Source: Balanoglossus misakiensis (taxonomy: Eukaryota > Animalia > Hemichordata). From it: 64,000 nt of DNA. Location: NCBI GenBank assembly GCA_040954595.2, contig CM082582.2, positions 11,714,415-11,778,414 on the forward strand. Direction: 5' to 3'. Positions 20,801 through 33,810 of this stretch are shown in pieces (the first letter of the stretch is position 1; each line of letters begins with the position of its first letter). The position numbers and the translations under genes were made by a program. A model generated the notes under the pieces. The model saw only the letters and a program-made list of their open reading frames with translations. It searched no databases and had not been told where the DNA came from.

Positions 20801-23800
20801 TCTTGACTCGTCTTCTGAGCATCTCATGGTTTGACTATGACCACATTTTGACAAGGTCCTTTCCACGGTTACTTCGCATTTTGGAGGACATTGGTCTGAA
20901 CACCTCTTCGTACAGCTGTGACCGCATTCAAACTGTTTCCTGCATTCATCTTGGCACTGGAAAGTTGAAGGATCTTCGTGGCATTGCATCTTTTGTTCAT
21001 GGTAGCATACGGGAATCCGTTTATACACAGGCACTGTGCATTTGGGGCAACTCTCATGACAGCGCTTTGGACAAGGGTGATTCCTTTCGCACATCTTCGG
21101 GCATGGCATCTTGCAAAGAAAATGACTGGGCTCTTTGTAACATGACATCTTTTGTACATGACCACAAGACGGTATTTCCTTTTCAACTTTAACTCTGCAT
21201 TTCTTGCAATCTTCATGACACTTCAGTGGACACTGGTGACCCTTTTCACACTTCTCTTCGCATGGAGCTTGGCAATCATAGTAGCGAGGGTCCCGATGAC
21301 ATGGTACCATCTGTAAATGACCACATGAGGGCATTTCTTTCTCCACCTTCACACTGCATAAGCGACATCCCATATAACATTTCAGCGGGCAAGGATGACC
21401 TTCCTCACAGGACTCTGGGCACGGTTCTTGACAATTAAAACTTTCAGGCTTTTGAAAACATGGCACCATTTGCATATGCCCACAGTCTGGTATAATCTTC
21501 TCAATTTTTACCTCGCAGGGCTCACATCCTAAATAACATTGTAATGGGCATCTGTGTCCTCGTTCACACGAATATTCACATGGTTCAGGACAAGGGAACT
21601 TTTCGGGGTTTTCATAGCAGTACATTTGTTGGGTGTGACCACATCTTTCAATTGTTTTGGTCACTCTTACGAGGCACTTTTTGCAGTCTTTGTAACATAC
21701 CAGCTTACAGGAATGTCCACCACTACACACTCGCACACATGGCTTCATACATTGGTATTCTTCATGGTTCGAGTCAAATGGGTGACAGAAAAGTCTACAG
21801 ACATGACCGCATTCGAGCCTTGTATCACATCGAAGAGTACATCCCCCTTCTGGCGAAGCTTTGAAATCTTCTGCCCGTGAACAGCTCAGAATTGTATCCG
21901 GGTGATTTCTGCAAAACACCTTCAGTGACTTTCCCATTTTTCCACCTGACTTCAAATCTGCTGTTATATTCTTCCACAGTTGGCTTTTCATGCCAAGTAG
22001 TTTGAAGTTCCCTATGCAGAAGAATCCCACCTTGGCCCTGCTCAGAGCTACACAGACACGATTCTCAATGCTCAGGAATCCTATCTTCCCATCTTGGTTG
22101 CTTCTAACAAGTGACAGCAGAATGATATCATTCTCTTCGCCTTGAAAATTGTCGACTGGAGAGATGCGAACACCTTCAAAGACAGACCTTGGCATCATGT
22201 TTTTCAGCTGGATCACTTGAGCTGTATACATAGTAAGAATTGTAATTTGGTCAGGTCTGTAGCCTTGCTTCAGGAGGTACTGGCACAAAGCAACAAGGAA
22301 TGAAGCTTCATGTGCATTAGATCTGCTTCTGATATCATCCATGAATGTTTCCTGTTCTTCGTGGTTCACAAAGAAAATGTTGCTGCTTACTCCCATTACG
22401 TCATCATACTTCTCAACAGATGGGTGGTTGTGCAGCTCTTTGTAAATGTGTTTCATCAATTCGGCTATCTCAGGCCTCATTCTGTGTTGAATGTTAAGCG
22501 TGTCATACTGCAGGTTGTTTTCAATCATCCGCTCAAAGAGTGACATGCTCAGGTTGTAGTCCCTGGCCAATTTATACACTGTAGGGTTTGGGCGAAGCTG
22601 CTGGTGATCACCAATCAATATGAGGTGCTGACATTCGGATGTTAGCGTCGTTATGATGTGTGCCTCCAGGACCTCTGCAGCTTCCTCAACCACTATGATA
22701 CGAGGGCGCAATTCGTGTAGAAGTGAGCCATATTTTGCAGCCCCTGTTGTTGTCATCCCGATGACCTTTGCCTCCCTAAGAACCTCCAAGTCTTCAGTCC
22801 CACGAGCTTCCTTTAGTCGCCGTGCATCTCTGTCATATTCTTCTATAGTTGTCAAAAGTGCTTCAGTGTTCCTTTTGTGCAACTCGTAGTGCCAGTGCCG
22901 ATACAGCTTCCACCGATCTTGTAGATTTAGCGCCCATACGTCTGTTATGGCAGACGCTTCTTCCGTTGTCATGGAAGCTGTGTCTGCAAGTAGATCATGT
23001 AAGAGCTGCTCCTGAAACTTTATCTGTTCACTTGTGTTGGCCCTTCTAAGACGGTTGTCAGCTTTAACTCGCTTACTTTGCTCAGTACGGACTTCTTGCA
23101 ACAGATTGTTCAGGTGATCATACTGTTTGGTGTATACAATATGCTGAGCTCTTGTATCGGTTTCATCATCATCCAGCATTCTGGACTTGTTGAGATAGTC
23201 TGCCTCCCCTTCAACCTCAATGGTATTTTCTGCCTGTTCAGGTGATTCATTTTCTAGAGCACTATTCTCGTTAGCGGCATCTTCAAACAAGCCTGTCTTG
23301 TTTTCATGGCAAATTCTTGCCACATCTTCTCTATAGGTATTTTTGATTTGCCTTTCAGGTAACTTCAGCTCAGCGATTTTTGCAACCAACCACTTGTTGA
23401 CAGCTTCAAAAATATTTCGCCCAGTAACCATTTTGTTTTCGTTCAGACTCTTGGTATGGTCTTCAGTCATTGACTGTTCGATACGATTGCCATCAGTTGA
23501 TCTTGTTTCACCAAATCTCTTTGTAATATTATCCTCTTTGGATTTCAGATCGCCGCGGATGCCTCTGCTGTGCCGTCTATCTTCCAATTTCCTCCGCAAT
23601 CTGGAGAGCTGAAACTCCTCCAAGATTTCACTCTTACTTCTATTTCCAATTCGTACAATGCCAGAATGAAGAAATTTCAAGATTCCTTCCAGAAACTGGT
23701 CAAGAGCATGGTTTGTGTAGCAGACGACCAAAATGGGTGAACAATCACCATTACCATTATGATATCTTTCAGTCGGGTCACCACGACACTTATCACACCA

Positions 23801-25702
23801 GATTTGATGATTGTGGAGCAGCATTTTCATAATCTTTAAACCAACATGTGTTTTTCCTGTGCCAGGAGGACCTTGGATGATTGCAAACTCACTTGTAAGT
23901 GAAGTCTTGAGTGCTTTCAGCTGAGATTCATTGAGGTGCAATTGTTCAGCCGAGGGCCAATCATCTGCATCAAGGATATCTACTGGAAACCTTGCAATTT
24001 CCAGTCTTTGTAGATGTAGGGGTCTATACACTCTCCGATGAATTGGACGTTCTGGTGTCTCTTCCATCTTCCACTTTTCATTCAAGAGAGGCTCAAAATC
24101 ATAACGTGGAGAGTGATCTTCTTGTGCATATAAGTAGCTTGGTTTATCAACAGTGTCTTCGCAGTACACAATGTGTTTTGTGAATGGTAGGCTGTCTTCC
24201 TCAAGTTCCTGCAACCCCGCAAGAACATACCTGTTTGCCACGAAGTAAGCTGTTGTCTCAACCATGATAAAATCATCCTCTGGCGCTACCTTAAGAGTGT
24301 CTTCGATGCAGGAGAACTTCAATGTCACTCTGAACATTTGGAGTTGATCGATGTCCCGGTTAGCAATCGTTGCAAACATCACTGTTTGGAAGTTATCCTT
24401 TGTGAGGCACACTAGGCCACCGTATATCAAGCGTTTTGTGTGCTTCCATTGAACATGTTTCAACTGCTTCCGGTCTAGGCTGACCTCGTGACATATGCCC
24501 TCATTTTCAACGCACTCTGGTTTGAGAATATGTACATTGTAATACACACGGACATCACTTAGTCGCTGTTGTTGTGACCGAGGCAATCCCATGTTTCTGA
24601 GGATTTCTCCGATACCTTCCCTCAAAGGTGCCATGAAATCTTCTCTAAGAAGTCGAAACTGCACATCAAGATAGTCATCAACATCTTCAAACGAACCCTT
24701 TGGGAGGTTTGCTCTTATGAAGGGCTTCCTGTCTGTGACAACATCGCCAAATCTTGGGTAAACGGGAATGTCTCGAAAACTTTCAGAAGGCCTGTTTTTT
24801 GCCTTGGTCAGGAGCTGATTTTCACCCTTGTCCTGTTGTATTCTTCCTTCACGAACATCTTTCAAAAATCCATCCCTGTCTTCCTCCAAGGTACGGACAT
24901 CCTTGACAATGTCTCCATCAATGTCTACCTGCGTTTCACTCAGCGTATTGATTATGTCTATTGCTAGACTTAGAATTGGTGACACCTCCAAAAATTTGCT
25001 GGGCATTTTCTGGAGAAGTGTCCTCAGTATGGTCACCACCTGTCGTAACTCTGTTTCACACCTGCTATCAAATCTACCAAGTGATATAGACACCATCATT
25101 GAGCTTAGATGTTTTGGTACAAGACACGTGAAGAATTTGCACTCACTCACTGAAATAAGCAAGTGGATGACACTCTGCGGGGCAGTCGTACAAGAGATGG
25201 CTCGGCTTATGACGCGTAGAATGAGAAGAAAGTTATTAGCTGGAGCTCCTTTTTCCTCACCAATGAGATTTGTAAATCCATTCACATCCTTAGAGAGTTC
25301 CATCACAATCTCCCTTGGGTCAGACTCGTACAACCGGCTCAGTTCTTTGAAGTCTAGTTTTTTCTGCCCCCTTCTTGGATTGCGATGTTGCTGCGGATTG
25401 TGTGTTCTGCTATTACCTCTATACTGCATCCCCCTGGTTCTATTGGCATTCTTCTCTGGGGCTGTGTCCTGGGTCTTTGTTGCATTTGTATGGTCTGTTG
25501 CACACAACGCTCTGTGTGAGTTTACAGTTGGAGCACTGAGGAGAACTGGAGCGTACGTCACGTACTGCACATGCGCTGATGCCCCGTATAAGCCACGCCC
25601 TGAGTGAGCAAAGTGAGCAGCATTTGCATATCTGGGATGTTGCTGAAACGGTTGCTGGGTGTTATGCCTTCCGCGCCCTCTTTGTCTACCACGTTCCGCC
25701 AT
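17804..25702 (-). CDS. ZNFX1: NFX1-type zinc finger-containing protein 1 family (UPF1-like SF1 RNA helicase), about 2441 aa when spliced
   Basis: A giant coding exon at 18935-25702 plus phase-0 exons 18726-18806, 18416-18478 and 17804-18217. Motifs: YLDVQFRLLREDF, KRLIYGGLVCL, Walker A GPPGTGKT, CYTNHALDQFLE, VEEAAEVLEAH, LIGDHQQLRP, QHRM, VDNFQGEENDIILLSLVRS, RVCVALSRAK, then a long CGH-rich NF-X1 finger array, a RING-like segment and an RZ-like remnant. A likely 5' UTR acceptor lies at 25871-25872. May be a paralogue rather than the one-to-one orthologue. Confidence 0.95.
20639..21751 (-). repeat. Seven tandem 52-54-aa (about 159-nt) Cys/His-rich Zn-finger units inside ZNFX1
   Basis: Units align by eye, e.g. 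CQEPCPESCEEGHPCPLKCYMGCRLCSVKVEKEMPSCGHLQMVPCHRDPRYYD and CQAPCEEKCEKGHQCPLKCHEDCKKCRVKVEKEIPSCGHVQKMSCYKEPSHFL. Confidence 0.9.
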
Positions 25703-26236
25703 ATTTTATAGTGACCTTGAGAAAATGACCTCTCAAATTAGTACGCAAATTTGATCTTCTCTAAGATGTCCTCTTCTTCTAATTATCAATGTCTTAGTCC
25801 CCGCTGGTCATCAATAGGATTCTTGCACAGGGGCTTGGAAGCGGAACATGATAACATAACACAAGACTCTCTGAAGAAATTCAAACAGAATGGTTTAAAC
25901 ATGAAGACATTATTGAAATAAACACAATGCATACACAACGCGAGGACAGATAAAAGTACATGTTACAACGTAAGTGTCCATACATGGTAATAGTTCAGAC
26001 ATGTTAATAATAGCTTATGAACCTTGTAAGATTAGCAATGAAAATGCATCAGTTAAGGGTTACAGGGATATGTAATTAAGAATTTCAAGGAATCGCGAAG
26101 CGCAATACTTTGTATCCGTCTCAGGTAATATCTAATTCTGCAGAAATCGTGAGCTTGGCACAAAACTCGTCTGGGAGATATCGCGGATTAGGTTTCCAAA
26201 GGTCGTTAATATGCCTTTGTTCCGTTTACATACAGG

Positions 26237-26334
26237 GCCAAAACGAAAGAAGAAATTCTCTGCATTCCTCACGCCCCAGATTTAATACGCGTTTGCTCCT
26301 ATCACATGCATAGCCAAAACGAAAGAAGAAATTC
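26237..26334. repeat. 22-bp direct repeat GCCAAAACGAAAGAAGAAATTC (26237-26258 and 26313-26334) upstream of the ZNFX1 coding exon
   Basis: Two identical copies 76 bp apart, read directly. Confidence 0.85.
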
Positions 26335-27227
26335 GCTGTTTCCTGTACACCAAAGGCGGCGATTTTTTCAGAATAAAGAGTTAATTTGAAAATAAACACT
26401 ATGTGATAAATGCATACACAAATTTATATATAATTATTGAAAGTTCTGAGCTCTCAAAGATACGTATTTAAACGCGATGCATGCCGGTAGATTTTAAAAT
26501 ATTTTTCCGAGTTATTCACTTCCTCATATCATACAGCCTCTGTTATTGGCAAAATATACCCATGCCTATAGAAACCAACCGCACGACCAACATGGCCTAC
26601 ACACGAAAGTTGCCAAATCGCAGCCTGCATAGAATTGAACTGGTAAAGTATTAAACTTGCCTCTTATTCCTGACGTGCAAACTGCGGCCGGTAATTTAGT
26701 CACAGTCGGCCATAGCCTGGGTGTAGCTCCAACGCACCTGCCAACGCTGCCGTCTCTCTGCGAGTAGGTTGACGTTCTGAAGCGACGCTCGTTTGAACAC
26801 GCCACACAAGTGATGTGCACTGCGACGGACAACACCACGTCAACACAGCGCACCAAGGAGGTGTATGTACCGTCTGACGCCCGGTCCCCAAGCAAGTGAT
26901 GTATTTCAATTGCGTGGTTGCTATTTATGAGGAAATGGTCGGCAGAGCTGAGGCCCTTTCCACGAACTCATTAAATATGCAGACAGTCACCTTTGTCCTC
27001 TTGCAGTAAAGGTGAACCGAGTTACGTTGAAATGCTTTTCAATTACGAACTGAGAAATTGGGAAGGCTACTATTTTCCTTTTGCGTGAATGTTGTTCTTT
27101 GCCAATGTGAAAATTGAAAACAAAGGATTAATCGGTCTAGGTTTTTCTGCATTGCTTTCATATTAAGCAACCGATGAATTCTAGCTATCAGTGTGAATCA
27201 TCACAACTAGGTTAATGACCCAACAGC

Positions 27228-27530
27228 ATTTTCACTCTAACTTCGGAGAATCTGCTCCCATTGTTTCTATGGAGCCCCAAAGCCAATTGATTTATATATG
27301 GCTAAAATGCTTTGTCTGTCGTTTTATTACACAAATGAGATAGAGGAACGTAACATAGTAAAAGTAAGTGGCCTAGTAAAATTTGGTTTCATGTTTTCGG
27401 ATAATTATGTACGAAACGCACAATCCCCATTGTCATCTTAAAGCGAAATCAAATACGGAGAAGAGCCGACATTTTCATTTTTGCTTCGGAGAATTCTACC
27501 CATTGTTTGTATTGGAGTGACCAAGCAATC
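27228..27530. repeat. Imperfect direct repeat of about 55 bp (CATTTTCA...CTTCGGAGAAT...CCCATTGTTT.TAT.GGAG), copies about 243 bp apart
   Basis: CTTCGGAGAAT begins at 27241 and at 27484, with matching flanks. Confidence 0.7.
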
Positions 27531-27785
27531 CGTCTGCCTGGTTACCTTTCTATACACAGGGAGTTGATTGATAATTTATGATCCCGCAGGGTTTCATAGA
27601 GCTCGGGGAATGGTCTGTTTCTCTTAGTGTTTACCACTCTATTTTTCTGAGTGCTTTATTACATGTACTATGTACACTTCAAGACCAGTGAGGTACTGAA
27701 TAAAATTAATTAAAATCAATTAAATGACGATTAAATTGATATAAATCGATAGTAAAAACTGGACTCAGCTATTAGTGTTCTCTTC

Positions 27786-30700
27786 TTACTGCTTGTAGTC
27801 CGTGATACATACTTGTAGTAACATTTGGCAGAACCTTGTGAAGGAACCTATGAACGAATAGACGACAATATCAGTTAGATAATGAGCAGTTGCTGTATGA
27901 TCATAAACACAATGGTATATAAGAGTGTATTGCCGTCATTGAACGTGAGCTTGAACCGCACGCCAGACTCTCTACATCTGCAATGACATGATTACGACTT
28001 GTCTAATTCATCACAGCTAGTAATACATGTATCAGGTTTGTCTCACAGAGACCGAGCATCCGACGATATGAATTTCATTCTTTTTACCTATTTGCCGCAT
28101 CATCGGTTTTGGTTTATTCCTCTTGAAGAAAACGCCGGCGAAATAAACCGGTAGTCCAGAAAGCGTCACCAGAAGTCCAACCAGTGAAACCATCGGATTT
28201 GCATAGAAAGGTACAACCACAAGGAACAGCGCAAGTAAAGCAAACAGTATCGGGATTGGTAAAGGCAGCTGGAAAGGAAATATCAAATTAAAGCGTTCCA
28301 TTATATTGGTTGCCACATTTAACATTTTAAGAAGAATTAGTTATACTATGATACTCATCATAACATAATTTGAATGCGACAACACACCTTGACTGGTCTT
28401 TCGAGTTCAGGCCTTCTGAAACGCAGCCATAGTAGTCCACTGACGGAAGTTAGTATTCCCAACCATTCGATGAAACTGAAGTAACTTATAAGGGTATTGA
28501 TGTCACTAACTTGAATCATTATCAGACTCAAAGTACCCTGGGAAATAAACAAAGAGACAAATAAGGGGGGTGGATAAACGAAATGTCATTGTCATGGTAA
28601 TTTTCCATCACGTATATGACTGTTAAACTTGATGCCATTTTAAAAGTGGTTTCCTTCAATTTAAATTGATTTTGCTTACATTCACCAGCAAAGCCGGAAT
28701 TGGTGTACATTTGTTGACGTGGATCATTGCCATCACGTCAGGAAGATGGCCTTCTCTTGCGGCAGAAAAATAAACCCTGTGGTAATTAAAGGTAAGAAAA
28801 AAGATGGTTCAAATTATCATTGAAGCGAGTACACTAATCGTTTAGAGACCTTGTCATGAATTAGACGTGCAGCCACCTTACGTTTATCTCATCACATCAG
28901 TCAGCTCGAGGAATCGTTTTATGTTTTAAGGGAATTACCATTTTAAGATGCCTGCCTACCTTCCAGCGGTGAAGACGGATGCGTTTGTTGCACCAAGTGT
29001 CGACAAAGCCACGAAGACTGGCATTATCCATGCCATGACACCAAGCGTTTTATCTGCGAATGTCTGCAGGAAAAACGTAAAAAGAACGGGTGCACTGTTC
29101 AAGAATTTGGTCAAGCAAGTTAAACATTTATTCAAACCATATTATGGTGGTGACTTTAGTCCAATACTATGGAAGATAAGGAAGATAGAAAGTCTTCTCT
29201 GAATAATTAAACGATCATAAACTTACCACAGCCACTGCGTCACTTTGAAGAAGCTCTTGAGGACTGAGCACCGCAAAATATGATGAAATCACCAAAAGGT
29301 AGATACCGGTTATTAAAGTGACAGCTGTGATTAAAGCAATCGGCAAAGTTCTGTAAGAAAAAGAAGAAACAATTTACAGAACATTTGGATTGGACGTAAT
29401 GTTTGTACACACGAAATTACGCACATGCCCTTATGACGATCGTAAATTCTTGGTATCGGTAAACATTACAGCAAGCTGCAATGGACCAGAATATCAGTCC
29501 ACATATAAGGTTTGTCGGTGTGTGAAGCATATGGTCGGCAAAGACAAGAACTTTGGGTGCGGAATCTTTACTCTATGGTGGTATTCTACGATAAAGAACC
29601 CATCTTACCTTTTGACGTTCTTTATTTCTTCTGTCACGCCGTTTAAATTATTCCTACAGAGAAAATGCGGACAGTGTCAAAGTCAAGTTCATTATAGAGA
29701 AACACTCAGGGTATATCTGTAAGAGATGGTTAGGTGAATTAACATAACTGTCATAATACATGTTGTACATTGTGAAGTATGACTGTTCATGTACATGTAC
29801 CGCACATGTACATTGATTGTCAAATATTTGAACTCTATATGTGGTGTGAAAACAAGGGCGATTGTGTTTGGGAAAAAAAAGGGGGGGGGGTAATATACTC
29901 ACCATCCTGAATAAGCCCACAAGCCCGAGTACATAGCCAGAGATATATCACCAATGGAGTTCGTACTGTTGTCGAAAGCATTCTGAAAACTTTCAGTGTG
30001 TCCTAATATGCAAAACGGGGGTGAATAAGTTAGCAGATTTAACGAATCAATGGCTCAGTGGTTTTGGCTGTAATCCAGAGAGGTCAACACACATAAGAAA
30101 TCCGAACAAACTCATCAGAGGAGACTTACCTGAGCAGAGGTAATATATTCCAGTACCAATTATGATTGCAGTTGCGATCAGTTTCGAATAGGAAAGAATA
30201 TCAGTAAACCGGGCACTCCATTTTGCATTCAAGCAATTCAGGAAGGTGAGAAATACTGCAACAGATAGATAAAGATGAATGAATGATGAGCAGAAGCAAT
30301 GAAGCTGACGATTATGAACGCTGCAACTACATAGGGTGTGCTGTGGTTATAACTTTCGGTCGACAAGTCGCTTTATAAAATTGTGTGTTCCTATAGTGGA
30401 GAAAGGTCGGGGGGTCAGAAGGACGAAGTCGGTCAGTGGAGTGAGATGGACTCTGGTCGACCTTGTCAGTCGACCAGTCCAGTTTAATGTCAATAAAGTT
30501 TTGAAGTTCAGTCTGCACCCTTACTAAACCCCCGTTAAACTTTCACGCCCAAAACTCACTTATTCCCACTACAGCGATGAGGCGTTTGGTGAGCTCAGGA
30601 CTATAATTGCACTCCGAAACTACCGGGTAAACAATATAGTCGGCACACGCTAACATGATGATTGCTTGGCTCGTCGGCTTCTGGATGACCATCACAATCC

Positions 30701-31010
30701 ACAAATATAGAAACGACGGTATTGGTCCAAATGCCTCATTAATATAGATGTAGTCACCCCCGAATTTTCTAATGGAAGTTCCCAGCTCCATCATACACAG
30801 TGCTCCCAGCATGGAAAGTATTCCGCAGACGAGCCAGATTATCAACGACAATCCGACAGAACCAGAGTACAACAGCACTCCCTTCGGCGAGATAAATATA
30901 CCAGATCCAATTATCGTGCCAATGATGAGAAGAGTACCGTCGACGACAGTCAGTTGCCGTTTAATGTGAAATCCTTCGCCGGGTTTATCGTGCTTAACTT
31001 TCGATGCCAT
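27786..31010 (-). CDS. SLC7 L-type amino acid transporter light chain (LAT / y+LAT / b0,+AT / xCT subfamily), 479 aa
   Basis: Ten phase-consistent exons: 30560-31010, 30130-30255, 29903-30002, 29609-29653, 29227-29350, 28960-29063, 28680-28776, 28388-28537, 28088-28268, 27786-27847 (1440 nt). Motifs: [70 protein letters not shown]. The extracellular Cys after TM3 (VSECN) expected for the heavy-chain disulfide is present. Confidence 0.95.
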
Positions 31011-33810
31011 GGTCTTATAGGTGTCGTTCAGAATGTAGGGGAGTTGTTCGCTGTGTCGCGACTTTAGTCTGCACTAGGGGAGTGTAGTTAAAACAACGCA
31101 ACCAGAAAGCGATCAACAATTTTTCTGTTGATAATCAGAGGCTTGAGATAAGAGAACAATGACACAACTCGCGCTTTTATGACGGGTGCAATTTACGCCC
31201 ATGCTGTTGTAAAACGTTTATCAGTTGTAATTTTGAGACGTGGCCAAGTATGTGCGAGTAGTATGCAATGGTTACTGTGCGAAGAAACATAATTCAATAC
31301 CTGAATTGGCCGCTTGTCGATCCGACGTTTGACAAGAGCAAGTCACAACCCTTGCAGCAAAAATATCCCAAGGCCCGGAGTCAATTGCCAAGAGTGTTCA
31401 GAACGGCAAAGGGACGAGAGCATGCACAGACACAGGACACCAGGAAGGCTGATATTCTGACTGACCAGATTGAATTAAATTCAATCCTGTATATAGTAAC
31501 ACACAGGTGTAGTACCATTACCAGGTGTAATGGTATGACTATGTAAATATATTAGCATATGCATACAGTGTACAATACAAATGAGTTCCATGACTGTTAT
31601 AAATTTATACAGGTCACTACGCCTTACCCATTTAGGTGATAAATCATTGATATGATTTATTTCCACGGTGTGGTGTTTGAATTGTTCTGTAAGTGGTGAA
31701 CACCCGTCTAGAATGATGTCAGATTTCGATTTCTTTAAGTAAACACCGATTTTAATACAATCACACGAATTCGCTCAATCAAGATAAGGTATAAAAGAGG
31801 ACGGGAGTTTGAACACTTCTAATAGACTATAACCTGTGTTATTATCGTAGGCCGAATACGAATGTTGCAGCAAAGACATTCTGATCATATTTAAAAATCA
31901 CCTCAATTAAAATTAACATTTAATCAATCAAGCAAATAAGTATAACGCAAACAGGAAATCTGGTTGCGGGCAAATGTCATATAGATCAAAGAGTAACGTA
32001 AATGAATATTCAAATTGTTGGCGGACAGAAATTACAGGGGGACAGACAAAATGCTGATGCATGAAAAATATTGACCCTCTTTGCGCAAAAAAGGCGACAC
32101 TCCACCCAAATCAATGACAAAAAAGCTTGCACGGAAATCGCGACCCCCCCCCCCCCGCCCATATAAAAACAACACACAGGCGGCGCTTCCCCGCAAATTC
32201 TGTCCTGTCCTATTATTGCCCTTTTTATAACACTACTCCCTAAAATAAACCCGCGTTCGATGTGGCAAACAAAATGACGCACGGAGTTTGTATGGCTGTA
32301 CATGTACAAAGGTGCCCGTAGTTTAGTGTGCACCCAACATATTCTATTCACATTCAAATACGCATTTTTCTGGTACATATGTGCCGTGGCAATCGAGGTG
32401 AGTATGACCATGTGATACAGGTGTACATGTATCTAATTTGTATAATGAGCTGAGGCGGAGCGAGTAATATTGTTTTAGTTTTATATATTTTATCCTCTCT
32501 CAATCCTCCCCAGTGAACTTCGTCTCGTTTTGTACAATTCACCGCTCATACCGTCAAAGTTATCTACAGTGACACTTCTGTTTTCTGGAAGAAATATGAG
32601 GAATAATAATGTGTTTTCACGATACATTTAAAGCTGGTAAAATGACCTATATTCACAGGTAAACGACACCTTTAATTCATGTGAATTGCAAATTGGTTTC
32701 GGGTTATTTTAGGCCGCAAACTAACAAGGATTGTGTGACGCATGTAAAAGCTGCCTCTGTGGAATGTTTACTTTTAATTTTTCAAATTTAGGATGGCGGG
32801 TTAAAGAATTAAAAAAAACATTGTTTGGTCATGACAATCTTTGGTTTGTTTCCATAGTAATGTTTAAAACTAGGAGGTAAAGAGTAGCTCTTTAAAATAT
32901 TGTAGAAGTGATTCATTTCGTAATAGTTGAACTGATTATATTATGGGTTTGTTTACTGAGCATTGATAGTTTTGCGCTTTATCTTGACAACAAACGCACA
33001 AGTAAATACTTGGTCCACTCACACGCATTGTTTGCATGCCGAAAAATGCGATTGTGCGTCCAAACAATCATATCGTGACGCCTCAGAGGTAGGTTGTGCA
33101 ACGGAAGTGTTAGATTGGCGGCAATTCTGTAAGCTCACGATGTTGGTGTCGCTTGGGCAAAAGTAGTTGGAGCCAGTGGTATCGAACGGTAAGTGAAATA
33201 TGAGTGAAAGCCAGGAGAGTGTGTTGTGTTAGTGATCACCAGTCACGAAAGGGCGATTGAAATAATGCAAACGTGGCCTGTCGGACCTAAACGTCTTGGT
33301 TTACTAATCAGAGTAAGTGTTGATCAACAGGTGTCTAGCTATATTCGAGCCGCACACACTGCCCACATCCAGGTTACATCACTGACGTTTTTTTTTATCG
33401 ATCTCACATCAATTACAAATTTGAGTCTCAGGCGCATTATTCCTCAGCTCGCTGGAAGGGAGCAAAGCTGGGGTATAGGTTAAGTGCGCTTACCAAGTGG
33501 GCGTTCGTTTGAATGAAAAAATATTCAAACTGTTTGAAATACATATCGATGCGACCTGTAATCTTAAAATTACTGTGCCTCTCACATTGTGTGAACTTTG
33601 AACTCTGTCACGTCCTGACTACATGTTGTGAAGACAACCACACATCGTTACGTACCAGTGTTAGTCTGCCCCCCCCCCCCCATAAATGTGGTTACGAAAT
33701 GTCTGTACGGTGTATATGACGGTTAGAAGTTTTCTCCCCAAATTCGTGATTCGTTTGGTCTTTGACTCCACAGGAAAGTACAGCACGTTTGAAAATACTA
33801 ACGAGAAACA

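Noticed and set aside
24828-25607. 259-aa plus-strand ORF and other antisense ORFs inside ZNFX1
   Set aside because: Antisense shadows of a long coding exon, with no recognisable motifs.
26237-27530. Spaced direct repeats as a CRISPR-like array
   Set aside because: Only two copies of each repeat, in a eukaryotic context with no cas genes.
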